The notes under the pieces: model-generated
The model's database searches: none
Seen by the model: only the letters and a program-made list of their open reading frames with translations
Told to the model about the DNA's origin: nothing
Shown: piece after piece, positions 1 through 9,015 of the stretch
Layout of the letters: every line of letters starts with the position of its first letter
Numbering within the stretch: position 1 is the first letter of the stretch
Assembly (NCBI GenBank): GCA_051652765.1
Contig: JBOFUV010000067.1
Coordinates: 1 to 17,348, forward strand
Direction of reading: 5' to 3'
DNA: 17,348 nt
Origin: Microcoleaceae cyanobacterium
GTDB lineage: Bacteria > Cyanobacteriota > Cyanobacteriia > Cyanobacteriales > Microcoleaceae
Program-made: the position numbers and the translations under genes

Positions 1-578
1 AACACCTGAATAAAGGCTTCCATTGGGGTTGCGCCCAAATCCAAAGCCGCCTCCTCCAAATACGGGTTCAAGTCTGCCAAGCGAGTCGAAACGACCAATG
101 CAACGTAGGACAGACAGAATACTACATGGGCGGCAATAATCGTCCAAAGGCTCAAGGGAATCGCCACAGCCGCCAGAAACACTAGGGTTGAAACGGCGAT
201 CGCAATATCCGGGATAATCAACGGCAAGTAAGCCACCCCTTGATAGACCCCTTTGCCAGGAAACCGAAACCGCGCCAATCCCGCTGCCATCAACGTGCCA
301 ATCACGGCTGAGATTCCCACGGCAACTAAAGCAACCGTCAAACTATTTTCTAGGGCGGATAGGATGCGAGTATCTTGAAAGAGTTTACGATACCAGTCCA
401 GGGTAAAGCCTTCCCATCCAGCACTGTAGCGGGATTTATTGAAGCTGTAAAACGTCAGAACAAAGATGGGCAGGTACATGTAGAAAAACATTAACCCGAC
501 AAAAATGGCCTGCCAAGATACCTGAAATTTTGGTTTGTTTTTTTTCATCTCTTCAGGAAGGTTATCTGGTTTGATCAT
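1..578 (-). CDS. potC: Spermidine/putrescine ABC transporter permease PotC (3' end runs off the window)
   Basis: Not in the ORF track; translated by hand from ATG at 578 (AGGAAG RBS-like upstream): MIKPDNLPEEMKKNKPKFQVSWQAIFVGLMFFYMYLPIFVLTFYSFNKS...GFTLDWY...LEEAALDLGATP. It has the EAA loop and PotC-type N-terminus and follows potB. Confidence 0.92.
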   Translation of the reverse strand, partial: MIKPDNLPEEMKKNKPKFQVSWQAIFVGLMFFYMYLPIFVLTFYSFNKSRYSAGWEGFTLDWYRKLFQDTRILSALENSLTVALVAVGISAVIGTLMAAGLARFRFPGKGVYQGVAYLPLIIPDIAIAVSTLVFLAAVAIPLSLWTIIAAHVVFCLSYVALVVSTRLADLNPYLEEAALDLGATPMEAFIQV

Positions 579-598
579 CAACGTCTTCCTACTCTTTA

Positions 599-631
599 TT
601 TATACTGAATTCATACTGAATTTATATTGAG
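599..631. repeat. Short 11-bp tandem repeat x3 between potB and potC
   Basis: TTTATACTGAA / TTCATACTGAA / TTTATATTGAG. Confidence 0.6.
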
Positions 632-641
632 TATTTTGAGT

Positions 642-1550
642 TTATTTTGAAGGTTTGCCGTCGCCATATTTTAAGAGCAGGGCGATCGCAATGCTGACCC
701 CCATAATCAACACCATGCTCAAAGCTGAACCAAAGCCCCAATTCTGGGTCGCCCCTAAAAATTGGTTGTAGATCAGCCGAGAAACCGTCATGCTAGAGGC
801 TCCCCCCAACAGTTCAGGATCGACAAAGTCTCCTAGAGCACTGATAAACACCAGTAATGATCCAGCCGCAATCCCTGGGAGCGTTTGAGGCACAGTGACC
901 TTCCAAAAGGTCTCTCTGGGTTTTGCTCCCAAGTCGGCTGAAGCTTCTAGTAGCCGTCGATCCAGCTTTTCCAGGGAGGCATACAAGACCGTGACTAAGT
1001 ATGGGAGGTAGCTGTACGTCATGCCAATAAATACTGCAGGGGTGCGGTTCAAGAGTTCTAAGGCAGGCAATCCCAACAAGGCCAAAAAAGAATTGAGTAC
1101 CCCAGTGGGTCGCAAAATGGTAATCCAGGCATAGGAACGAAGTAGAGAAGAAGTCCAGAGCGGTAGGACAAAGCCTAACAACAGCAAGTTGCGCCAGCGT
1201 TGCGGCGCAAGAATGGCAATCCAATAGGCAACCGGAAATCCCAGCAGTAAACAGAGCAGCGTTGTTCCAGTGGCAAAAAAGAGCGATCGCCCAATCACCT
1301 TCAAGTTAATCGGCTGAAACACCCGCAGATAGTTGTCAATGCCATCCGGAATCACCACATCTCCGGGGCGAATGTCCTTGACTAAACTCAGTTGAAAGAT
1401 GACGAGGGTCGGTAAAACTAGGAGCAGTAACAACCACAGTCCAGCAGGGCCCAGCATCACCAATGGGCCAATCAGCCTGGAGCCCAGGGGTTTGATACCC
1501 GGTTTGGGTTCGGACGGAACAGGAGGGGGAGGTTGGGTAGAGACAGCCAT
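642..1550 (-). CDS. potB: Spermidine/putrescine ABC transporter permease PotB
   Basis: Hydrophobic permease with LPLWTSSLLRSYAW, EAA motif LLEASADLGAKP and NWGFGSALS; operon context. Confidence 0.93.
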   Translation of the reverse strand: MAVSTQPPPPVPSEPKPGIKPLGSRLIGPLVMLGPAGLWLLLLLVLPTLVIFQLSLVKDIRPGDVVIPDGIDNYLRVFQPINLKVIGRSLFFATGTTLLCLLLGFPVAYWIAILAPQRWRNLLLLGFVLPLWTSSLLRSYAWITILRPTGVLNSFLALLGLPALELLNRTPAVFIGMTYSYLPYLVTVLYASLEKLDRRLLEASADLGAKPRETFWKVTVPQTLPGIAAGSLLVFISALGDFVDPELLGGASSMTVSRLIYNQFLGATQNWGFGSALSMVLIMGVSIAIALLLKYGDGKPSK

Positions 1551-1583
1551 TGATGATCTTTTTTTAACCTTATCTAGCTTGAT

Positions 1584-2714
1584 CTAACCGCTGGTCAACT
1601 TTGTCCAGTATCGCTCATACACTTCGCTAAATTTTCCCACGGGGGCGATTCCTTCGGATTTTTCAATCACAGACTCTGGTGGGAACAGGGTCGGATCATT
1701 CTGAATTTCCTTGGGTAGCTTTTTGAAAGCCAGTTGAGATGGGGTGGCAAAGCTCAACCGTTCGACAATTTGAGCGGCGATTTCGGGCCGGATCATAAAG
1801 TTAATCCATTGGTAAGCTGCCTCCGGATTGGGGGCAGACTTGGGAATGACTAAAGCATCTGTCCACAGGGAAGAACCACTGCGCGGAGTCACATACCGCA
1901 AGACTTCATTTTCCGGCATGACCTCTGCGGCATCAGACGAGTAACACATACACAGGGATAAATCCTCAACAATAATTTGGGGTCGCCAAGCATCGGTGGT
2001 AAAAGAGGCGATCGCGGGCTTGAGTTCTACTAATTTTTCATAGGCTGTTCGAACTTGGTTGAGATCGGTGGAGTTGTAGGAATAGCCCAGCATTCTCAAG
2101 GTCGCTCCCATAACTTCCCGGACATCATTCAGCAGGGTAAAGCGTTTGGCAATATCGGCTTGGTTATCCCAGAGATAATCCCAATCTTCCGGCAGTTGCT
2201 GCAAAATTCGGCTGTTGTACAGGAGTCCAGTCGTTCCCCAACTCACCGGAACACTATGACGATTACCAGGATCATAGGCTGGACTTTGAAACAGGGGAAA
2301 TAAGTCTTCTAAGCCCAGTAACAATGAGTGATCCAACTCCATCAACAGGCCCAGCTCTACCATTTTCTGCACCATGTAGTCTGATGGATAAATTATGCTG
2401 TAGGCACTGGCTCCTCCCGCCTGAATCCTTGCCAACATGGATTCATTGGAGTCAAATACATCAGCAATGACCTTCAAGCCAGTTTCTCGGGTAAAGAGAG
2501 TGATCAAATCTTGATCGACATAGCCTGCCCAAGTGTAGATGTAGAGAGTATCTGCGGCGACTTGAGTATTGGGTGTTGTTCTGACCTCCGCCAATGTCCA
2601 GCCACAGCTAGACAGCGTCGATGCAGTCAGTGCTGTGATAGAGGCTTGAAGGAACTGACGACGAGTTTGAGCGCTTGTTGTGTAAAGCCGTTTCCGTAAA
2701 GACGTTGGAGGCAC
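1584..2714 (-). CDS. potD: Polyamine ABC transporter substrate-binding protein PotD/PotF family, probable lipoprotein
   Basis: YTWAGY, FDSNESM, PSDYMV and WGTTGL motifs; N-terminal TRRQFL twin-arginine motif and LSSC lipobox; GTG start. Confidence 0.92.
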   Translation of the reverse strand: MPPTSLRKRLYTTSAQTRRQFLQASITALTASTLSSCGWTLAEVRTTPNTQVAADTLYIYTWAGYVDQDLITLFTRETGLKVIADVFDSNESMLARIQAGGASAYSIIYPSDYMVQKMVELGLLMELDHSLLLGLEDLFPLFQSPAYDPGNRHSVPVSWGTTGLLYNSRILQQLPEDWDYLWDNQADIAKRFTLLNDVREVMGATLRMLGYSYNSTDLNQVRTAYEKLVELKPAIASFTTDAWRPQIIVEDLSLCMCYSSDAAEVMPENEVLRYVTPRSGSSLWTDALVIPKSAPNPEAAYQWINFMIRPEIAAQIVERLSFATPSQLAFKKLPKEIQNDPTLFPPESVIEKSEGIAPVGKFSEVYERYWTKLTSG

Positions 2715-2825
2715 GAGTTACCTACTGCTGAAATTCGAATTCATGGAATTATGCTCATCAATACTGTACTTCATTGTTTCACAGAAATTTTCTGACCGGA
2801 TATTCCTACAAGAGAGTCACAGTCC

Positions 2826-3983
2826 TCACTCCCCCAGAACAGTACAATCTGTTGGCTGCCAACTGACATAGACGGCAACCTGTTGATCCGATAAGCTCTC
2901 TAATCCTTGGGTCTGTCGCACTGTGACTTGTTCCCCAGAGTGAAGCTGTACGAGGTATTGCACATGGGTTCCCAAGTACATGGAATTGATCAGGTGTCCG
3001 GAAAACCCGTTAACTGCTTCTGCGGGAGGGTGGCAACTGAGGGAAATTTTCTCGGGGCGAACACTGACAACGACTCTTGTACCATTGCCAATCCCAGCGT
3101 AAGACAATTTCTTGCGGCTGAGTTCTGTAGGGCGAGATTCAATTTTCAGCCCCGTATCTGTTGTGATCAACTGGCTGACTGGATCAACGTGTTCAACTCG
3201 GCCCCTGAAAAAATTGGTATCTCCAATAAAGTCGGCAATAAAGGGGGTTTGGGGATATTCATAAATATCACTGGGGGAGCCGATTTGTTCAATCCGGCCC
3301 TCATTCATGACTGCAATCCGATCGGACATGCTCATGGCTTCTTCTTGGTCGTGGGTGACCATGATGAAGGTCATGCCCAAATTGTGATGCAGATTGGTTA
3401 ACTCTAGCTGCATCTGCTTGCGAAGCTTCAGATCTAAGGCTCCAAGGGGCTCATCCAGTAACAACACGGCTGGACGATTCACCAAGGCCCGTGCTAAGGC
3501 GACCCGCTGCTGTTGTCCCCCGGACAGTTGATAAGGAAATTTGTGAGCAAATGCCTCTAGCTTTGCCAGTTGAAGCACCTCCCGCACTCTTTGTTCAATT
3601 TCAGCTTTTCCCTGGCGTTTAATCCGTAAGCCAAAGGCGATATTATCCCAGACATTGAGATGATTAAACAGGGCATAGCTCTGAAAAACCGTATTGACCG
3701 GGCGCTGATAAGCAGGAACCTGATTCACTGACTTTCCCCGAATCAGCACCTCTCCGCCCGTGGGAATCTCGAATCCTGAAATTAGCCTCAAGGTTGTTGT
3801 TTTGCCACATCCCGAAGGGCCTAATATACTGAAAAACTCTCCCTGACGAATCTCAAGATCAACTCCCCGAACAGCCGTCTCTCCATTAAAGACCTTGAAG
3901 ACTTTGCGGAGTTCAATATCTAATGGCATTACGTTAGTCTCAGTTGCACCTTGGCCTGATGTTGCTGTCTGGAGCATAGCCAC
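2826..3983 (-). CDS. potA: Polyamine ABC transporter ATP-binding protein PotA
   Basis: Walker A GPSGCGKT, signature LSGGQQQR, Walker B LLLDEPLGALD, H-loop VTHDQEEA, C-terminal TOBE-like region; start may be GTG 3983 or ATG 3977. Confidence 0.95.
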   Translation of the reverse strand: MAMLQTATSGQGATETNVMPLDIELRKVFKVFNGETAVRGVDLEIRQGEFFSILGPSGCGKTTTLRLISGFEIPTGGEVLIRGKSVNQVPAYQRPVNTVFQSYALFNHLNVWDNIAFGLRIKRQGKAEIEQRVREVLQLAKLEAFAHKFPYQLSGGQQQRVALARALVNRPAVLLLDEPLGALDLKLRKQMQLELTNLHHNLGMTFIMVTHDQEEAMSMSDRIAVMNEGRIEQIGSPSDIYEYPQTPFIADFIGDTNFFRGRVEHVDPVSQLITTDTGLKIESRPTELSRKKLSYAGIGNGTRVVVSVRPEKISLSCHPPAEAVNGFSGHLINSMYLGTHVQYLVQLHSGEQVTVRQTQGLESLSDQQVAVYVSWQPTDCTVLGE

Positions 3984-4142
3984 CCGTTCACGTTACGCTT
4001 AGATCAAGAATCTCCCTTAAGCTTATCCAAATAAGCCTAGACTGACAAGACAATTAGTGATTAACTGTAAAGTCAGGTGTAAAATAGCGCAGCAAAAAGG
4101 TAGACGCTTGAACCACCGGATTTGGTGTGAGGAGATAGAGGC

Positions 4143-4961
4143 ATGAATTGGCAAATGGATGCACTGGAAGTTCTTCAAGAAACCAGTCGAACGTTTTACA
4201 TTCCGATCAGCCGTTTGCCTCCAATTCTTCAAAGGGCAGTTGCATCGGCCTACCTTTGTATGCGTGCCATTGATGAAATTGAAGACCATGCTGAACTGGA
4301 TAATTCAACAAAGGTCAAACTGCTACAGCATATCAGCCTGAGTTTGCAGGGAAGTGTTTCTGGCCCCAACTTGGAGGGGACATTGTCTGGTTTCTTTTCC
4401 CATCACCCACTCTTGCCAGAGGTCACTCTGCGAGTTGGGGAATGGGCACAATTGGCTCCAGCCAGTATTGCTCCCCGGATCTGGGATGCAACAGCCGCCA
4501 TGGCCGATCGGATGGCGTACTGGGCCGATCGGAACTGGCGAATTGATTCAGAGTTGACCCTGGATCAATACACGTTTAGTGTGGCTGGGGCCGTGGGATT
4601 ATTGCTCTCTGACCTGTGGGCTTGGTACGATGGGACTCAAACGAACCGAACCAACGCAATTGGTTTTGGACGGGGGTTGCAGGCTGTTAATATTCTGCGT
4701 AACCACCGAGAAGACTTGAAACGGGGGGTTGATTTTTTCCCCCCAAGTTGGACTTCTGAGCAGATGAATAGCTATGCTCATCGCAATCTACTTTTGGCAG
4801 ATGCCTATGCGGAAGCCTTACCCAACGGCCCTGCTCTGGATTTTTGCCGCATCCCTCTTGCTCTAGCCCATGCTACGTTGAGCGTTTTGGCAGACGGTCA
4901 AGACAAGTTGAGTCGGGGGGCTGTCGTCGAGCTAATTGAGCGGGTTTGTAGTGGCACTTAG
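4143..4961 (+). CDS. Squalene/phytoene synthase family protein (cyanobacterial squalene synthase-like)
   Basis: TSRTFYIPI, YLCMRAIDEIEDH (first Asp-rich motif), YTFSVAGAVG and FGRGLQAVNILRN; resembles the Synechocystis Sll0513-type squalene synthase. Confidence 0.85.
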   Translation: MNWQMDALEVLQETSRTFYIPISRLPPILQRAVASAYLCMRAIDEIEDHAELDNSTKVKLLQHISLSLQGSVSGPNLEGTLSGFFSHHPLLPEVTLRVGEWAQLAPASIAPRIWDATAAMADRMAYWADRNWRIDSELTLDQYTFSVAGAVGLLLSDLWAWYDGTQTNRTNAIGFGRGLQAVNILRNHREDLKRGVDFFPPSWTSEQMNSYAHRNLLLADAYAEALPNGPALDFCRIPLALAHATLSVLADGQDKLSRGAVVELIERVCSGT

Positions 4962-4969
4962 GTTAAGCC

Positions 4970-6919
4970 TTAGGATTCAATCCTCTTTTCGAGTTCAGCA
5001 AAAGGAGTTAACCAAGCAACATCATAGGGTTGGAGGGCGATCGCCAAGGATTCATTCCTTGGTTTTTCACTAGCTCTTTCACTGACCAGGGCTGTCCAGC
5101 CCCTACGACCCACTAAGTCGTACCACTGAAGTGCAAATATTCCCAGTTGATCTAGAGAAATCTCAACGGCACAGGGACGGCTAGTCACATTTGTTAAGGT
5201 CAATATGTGTTGATCGCCTTGAGGAGACGTTCGCAAAACGGCAAAGATTTCTGGAGCAAGCTTCAAAATTTTCTGCGCCCCGTTGGGATGAAAGGCGGTT
5301 TGTTGGACTCGAATGTCTAGCAACCGCCCCAGCTTTCGCAACAGATAGGCCAATTTAGAATCTGGATCATTGAGGTCTTCCAAAAGACGGCGCTCATCAA
5401 TCACCCGGCGGTTGATGTCGCGTTTCGATTTAGTTCTCAAGACAGCATCCACATCGTTGCGGCTACCAATTAGACCATGGAAGTAAATCCCAGGAACCCC
5501 CCGGAGCACCAACGCAATACTACGGGAGGCTACAAACCGCTTGACCTGGAAGGTAATATCCTCACCGTTATTGTCCATATTCAAGGCACTGAACCAGGTG
5601 GTATTGATTTCATAGGGTTCCTCCTGACCGCCTTCTCCCGTTTTATAGGAGATCAGTGCCCCATGTTCTCTGGCATTTTGGATAATGAACTCAATTTCCT
5701 CCTCTGGCAAAATGGTCTTGACCCCCATGAGCCCTACTCCATCATGGGTATCTAACATATTGAAAAAGGTTGTCGTTGAGGAAAGAAACTGCAAATCCTT
5801 CGCCCAATCAGACAAAACGGTTGAGTCTGATTTGTAGAAGGTATAGAGCACCAAAGGGGGCAGGGCAAAGTTGTAAACCATTTGAGCTTCGTCGTTGCCG
5901 TTGCCAAAGTAGGAAACGTTCTGCTCGTGGGGCACGTTTGTTTCGGTAATCAGGGCAACGGTAGGAGCCACGATTTTTAGGATATCCCGAAATAGTTTGA
6001 TCACCTCATGGGTTTGTTCCAGGTTGGCACAGGGAGTGCCGGGTTCTTCCCAGAGATAGGTGACAGCATCCAGACGAACCATGTTGGCTCCCCGACGAAC
6101 ATAGAGCAACAGGGTTTCTAACACCCCGAGGAGCACTTTAGGATTTTTATAGTTCAGGTCAATTTGGTCAGGGGAAAAGGTTGTCCAGACCCAGATAGGG
6201 CCATTAATCGATTGAAATTGGGTCAGAACATCGGAGGTGCGAGGACGAACAATAATTTGCCGTTGTTCGGGGGTAAGTTCATCAGGGGAATGATAAACGG
6301 TAAAAAAGTCCTTGTAGTCTGGGTTCCCGTTCAGCATCCGCTGGAATAGAGGACTGTGGGAAGAAACATGGTTAAACACCCCATCAAACATCAGTTGATA
6401 GTAGTTGCCCATCTCTTCAATATCTTTCCAAGATCCCAGGTTCGGATCAACGCTGTCAAAGTCAATCACCGAAAAGCCTCGATCTGAGGAATAGGGAAAA
6501 AAGGGCAAAATGTGCAGGGTGTTAATACTGAGTCCCAAATGGTGATTGAGAAACTGCGCTAGGGTTGCCAAAGGCGATCGCCCTTGGCCTTTGAGTAAAT
6601 CTCCATAGGTAATCAGAATCAAATCCCACTCAGTAAAGCGATTGGCCGGGTCAAACTCTTTCTCTGCGTCAACTAGGGCTTGAGGTTTGTGGGCAGAATG
6701 CACTTTTAGAATGCGTTTCAGTTCTGGCATGTAGACTTTGGCTTGTTCATCCCCGTAGAGAAAGCACAACCGTTGAAAGATCAGAGCTTGAGCCTCCGGT
6801 GCAATTTCTAGGGGCGATCGCGTGTAGTCCGGAGCGTCATCGTAGCGCACCCGATCTCGTCTCATCGATTTCTGCAATGATTCGCCCTGATTTGAGGTTC
6901 CAGTCGTCATCGTTTCCAT
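4970..6919 (-). CDS. GH13_18 sugar phosphorylase, probably glucosylglycerate phosphorylase (YcjM-like)
   Basis: HILPFFPYSSDRGF, WTTFSPDQIDLN, nucleophile motif RLDAV, acid/base motif ITETNVPH, THDG and PYEIN. Confidence 0.85.
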   Translation of the reverse strand: METMTTGTSNQGESLQKSMRRDRVRYDDAPDYTRSPLEIAPEAQALIFQRLCFLYGDEQAKVYMPELKRILKVHSAHKPQALVDAEKEFDPANRFTEWDLILITYGDLLKGQGRSPLATLAQFLNHHLGLSINTLHILPFFPYSSDRGFSVIDFDSVDPNLGSWKDIEEMGNYYQLMFDGVFNHVSSHSPLFQRMLNGNPDYKDFFTVYHSPDELTPEQRQIIVRPRTSDVLTQFQSINGPIWVWTTFSPDQIDLNYKNPKVLLGVLETLLLYVRRGANMVRLDAVTYLWEEPGTPCANLEQTHEVIKLFRDILKIVAPTVALITETNVPHEQNVSYFGNGNDEAQMVYNFALPPLVLYTFYKSDSTVLSDWAKDLQFLSSTTTFFNMLDTHDGVGLMGVKTILPEEEIEFIIQNAREHGALISYKTGEGGQEEPYEINTTWFSALNMDNNGEDITFQVKRFVASRSIALVLRGVPGIYFHGLIGSRNDVDAVLRTKSKRDINRRVIDERRLLEDLNDPDSKLAYLLRKLGRLLDIRVQQTAFHPNGAQKILKLAPEIFAVLRTSPQGDQHILTLTNVTSRPCAVEISLDQLGIFALQWYDLVGRRGWTALVSERASEKPRNESLAIALQPYDVAWLTPFAELEKRIES

Positions 6920-6951
6920 GCCTTTTGTCTATATTAGGAGCGAGATACAAC

Positions 6952-6980
6952 AAAAGACGTTCCTGTAGGAACGTCTTTTT
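6952..6980. terminator. Perfect inverted repeat / intrinsic terminator-like hairpin between divergent genes
   Basis: AAAAGACGTTCCT-GT-AGGAACGTCTTTT: 13-bp perfect arms that give a T-tract on either strand. Confidence 0.6.
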
Positions 6981-7169
6981 AGCTATTTGTTAAAAATTAT
7001 AACAAGTCACTCCAGTTTTAATTGAAAATGGACTCAAATCCTGCTGAAAGTGTGTTGGAATTTTAACAATAGTAACTGATCAACAGTTTTACAACTGTCA
7101 CATGACTTTTTTCCTGGATAAAACCGATAGTCATAATCAAATTATCTCCATATTTTTCCTGAGTTAACG

Positions 7170-7946
7170 ATGAGAACTTCCTTTAACTTTGCTGGATTGA
7201 GTGTCGGTCTAGCCGGTTTGACTTTGGCCACATTTGCTGTACTTAAATGGATTAATATTCCAGTGGGTAGTTTTCTCGATTGGATAATTGGTGGTGCGAT
7301 TTTTTGGTGGTTGTTGCTGATTGTTACAGTCCCCTGGAATATTCACTTTGAAGCCAAAGAAACCTTGGCAGCGGCAGAAGAATCCAAGGAAAAAAATATC
7401 AATCTTGAGGGTCGGCAACTACAATATGTTCGTCTGATTGCTAAGCGATCGCTCTGGATTGCGATTACTTTGCATCTATTCTCTGCAATTGGACTCTATG
7501 CTTTGGCCGTTGCTGGCATTAGCTCAATTGGTTATCTCAGTTCAGGGGCAGCACTGCTGTTAACGGCTTTGCGTCCGGCAGTGCGAACTTATCAATATTT
7601 GGCAACTCGTTTGGCTATGATTCGGCAGGAATTTATTTATCCCCGTGAAGATATTCTGGAATTGAGAGGTCGATTTTCAACCCTAGAATTTCAGGTTCAA
7701 GACTTACAAGAACGGTTCAATCTTGATAATCCAAACTCTTGGGTTACGACTCAAGATAAAGGATTGGAAGCCATGCGTCAGGATATTAACCGTTTGGCTG
7801 CTGGGCTCGAAACGTTCAAGGCCACCAATCAATCTGAACATACTCAATTGTCCAGGGATGCAGAAAAAGCGATCGCCCAACTCTCCACGGATGGACAAGT
7901 GCTCAACAACGTTCGAGAAATTATTCGATTTTTCAAAGACGCTTAA
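7170..7946 (+). CDS. Hypothetical membrane protein with C-terminal coiled coil
   Basis: 258-aa ORF with about 4 hydrophobic segments and a heptad-like C-terminal third; two HIP1 sites inside. Confidence 0.8.
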   Translation: MRTSFNFAGLSVGLAGLTLATFAVLKWINIPVGSFLDWIIGGAIFWWLLLIVTVPWNIHFEAKETLAAAEESKEKNINLEGRQLQYVRLIAKRSLWIAITLHLFSAIGLYALAVAGISSIGYLSSGAALLLTALRPAVRTYQYLATRLAMIRQEFIYPREDILELRGRFSTLEFQVQDLQERFNLDNPNSWVTTQDKGLEAMRQDINRLAAGLETFKATNQSEHTQLSRDAEKAIAQLSTDGQVLNNVREIIRFFKDA

Positions 7947-8210
7947 TCCTCAACCTGACAGAATCCATCACTGGAGGATAGCTCTTGCGCTTTTCCAACC
8001 AAACCGATAGCCAACTCTGTCAGGTTCATCTAATGTTTGTTGGAGTTCACGGGGGTCAAGATTATCCCAGATAAACTCACTCAGTGCTGTCCTTGATCAG
8101 TCAATCATGATGAATGTAGCTGTTTTGGAGCAGCAGACTGTCTATCGCTGTTCACGGGTGACTCAAGACTGCTATATTTCTGGTAGTCTTATCCAAATCA
8201 ACCCGAAAAG

Positions 8211-8822
8211 ATGAAACATTTAAAGTTAGCTGGCCTTTTTATTGTGGCCGCACTCGTTGCGTTGGCATTGTATGGTCAACCTCAATTGACAACAAAAGTG
8301 GCTGTTGCTGACACAACAGCACAAGCAGCAAAGCCCACTATTACTTTACAAATGATCAATGATGCCCAACAGGCTTGGATTGATGCGCTTGTGAATATTG
8401 GCAGGGTCTATAAAGAGGGGGGCGACTACAAAAAAGTAGCCAACGATGTATTGTCAAATCTTTACGATTATGACAACGGTCAGGTGTTGTTTAAGCCAAC
8501 TCTTGCTTTCGGTGCTAACACCTTCCGTCTCAATCGTGAGGCGGCGGCTGCCTATTTTATTGGTGGCAATCCCAATTTTCCTGAAGATAAGGGTTTTGCC
8601 TTGAAGCCCTGGGTTCGTGGCAAGTATGATAATGCAGGAGAAGGTGAAGATGGGGTAATCATTCATAACGACATTGCGATTACCATGGGCAATGTGTTTC
8701 TCTACGACGAACAAGGGAATGAAACTGTGGTTGACAAAACCTTTGTATTTAAGCAAGGCAATGATGGCAAACTTCGCCTGATTGTGCACAAGTCTGCATT
8801 ACCATTTTCCCCCCTAAAATAG
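8211..8822 (+). CDS. Secreted COG4337-like protein, putative iota-class carbonic anhydrase (SnoaL/NTF2-like fold)
   Basis: Signal peptide (MKHLKLAGLFIVAALVALAL); VLFKPTLA, AYFIGGNPNFPEDKGFALKPW, TMGNV, VDKTF, and C-terminal HKSALPF (cf. HHSSLPY). Confidence 0.72.
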   Translation: MKHLKLAGLFIVAALVALALYGQPQLTTKVAVADTTAQAAKPTITLQMINDAQQAWIDALVNIGRVYKEGGDYKKVANDVLSNLYDYDNGQVLFKPTLAFGANTFRLNREAAAAYFIGGNPNFPEDKGFALKPWVRGKYDNAGEGEDGVIIHNDIAITMGNVFLYDEQGNETVVDKTFVFKQGNDGKLRLIVHKSALPFSPLK

Positions 8823-8850
8823 TCTGTATTGAACGTTAATTCTGTTAACT

Positions 8851-8890
8851 AAAGCTGTTGCAATCTTGGTAGCAACAGCTTTTATTTTTT
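8851..8890 (+). terminator. Rho-independent terminator
   Basis: AAAGCTGTTGC-N10-GCAACAGCTTT followed by TATTTTTT, ~30 bp after the stop of 8211..8822. Confidence 0.85.
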
Positions 8891-9015
8891 GATATAAGTA
8901 TAATTATTCATCAGCCCAAAATCAACGAACACTGAATATATTTCATATATTTCATAACTTTTCTCTATCTTGCTGAATATTAGTTAGAAGTCTTTCTACA
9001 CCAAACACTTTAAAA

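Noticed and set aside
7072..7085. Possible NtcA box in the divergent promoter region
   Set aside because: Reads GTA-N8-ACA rather than GTA-N8-TAC; insufficient match.
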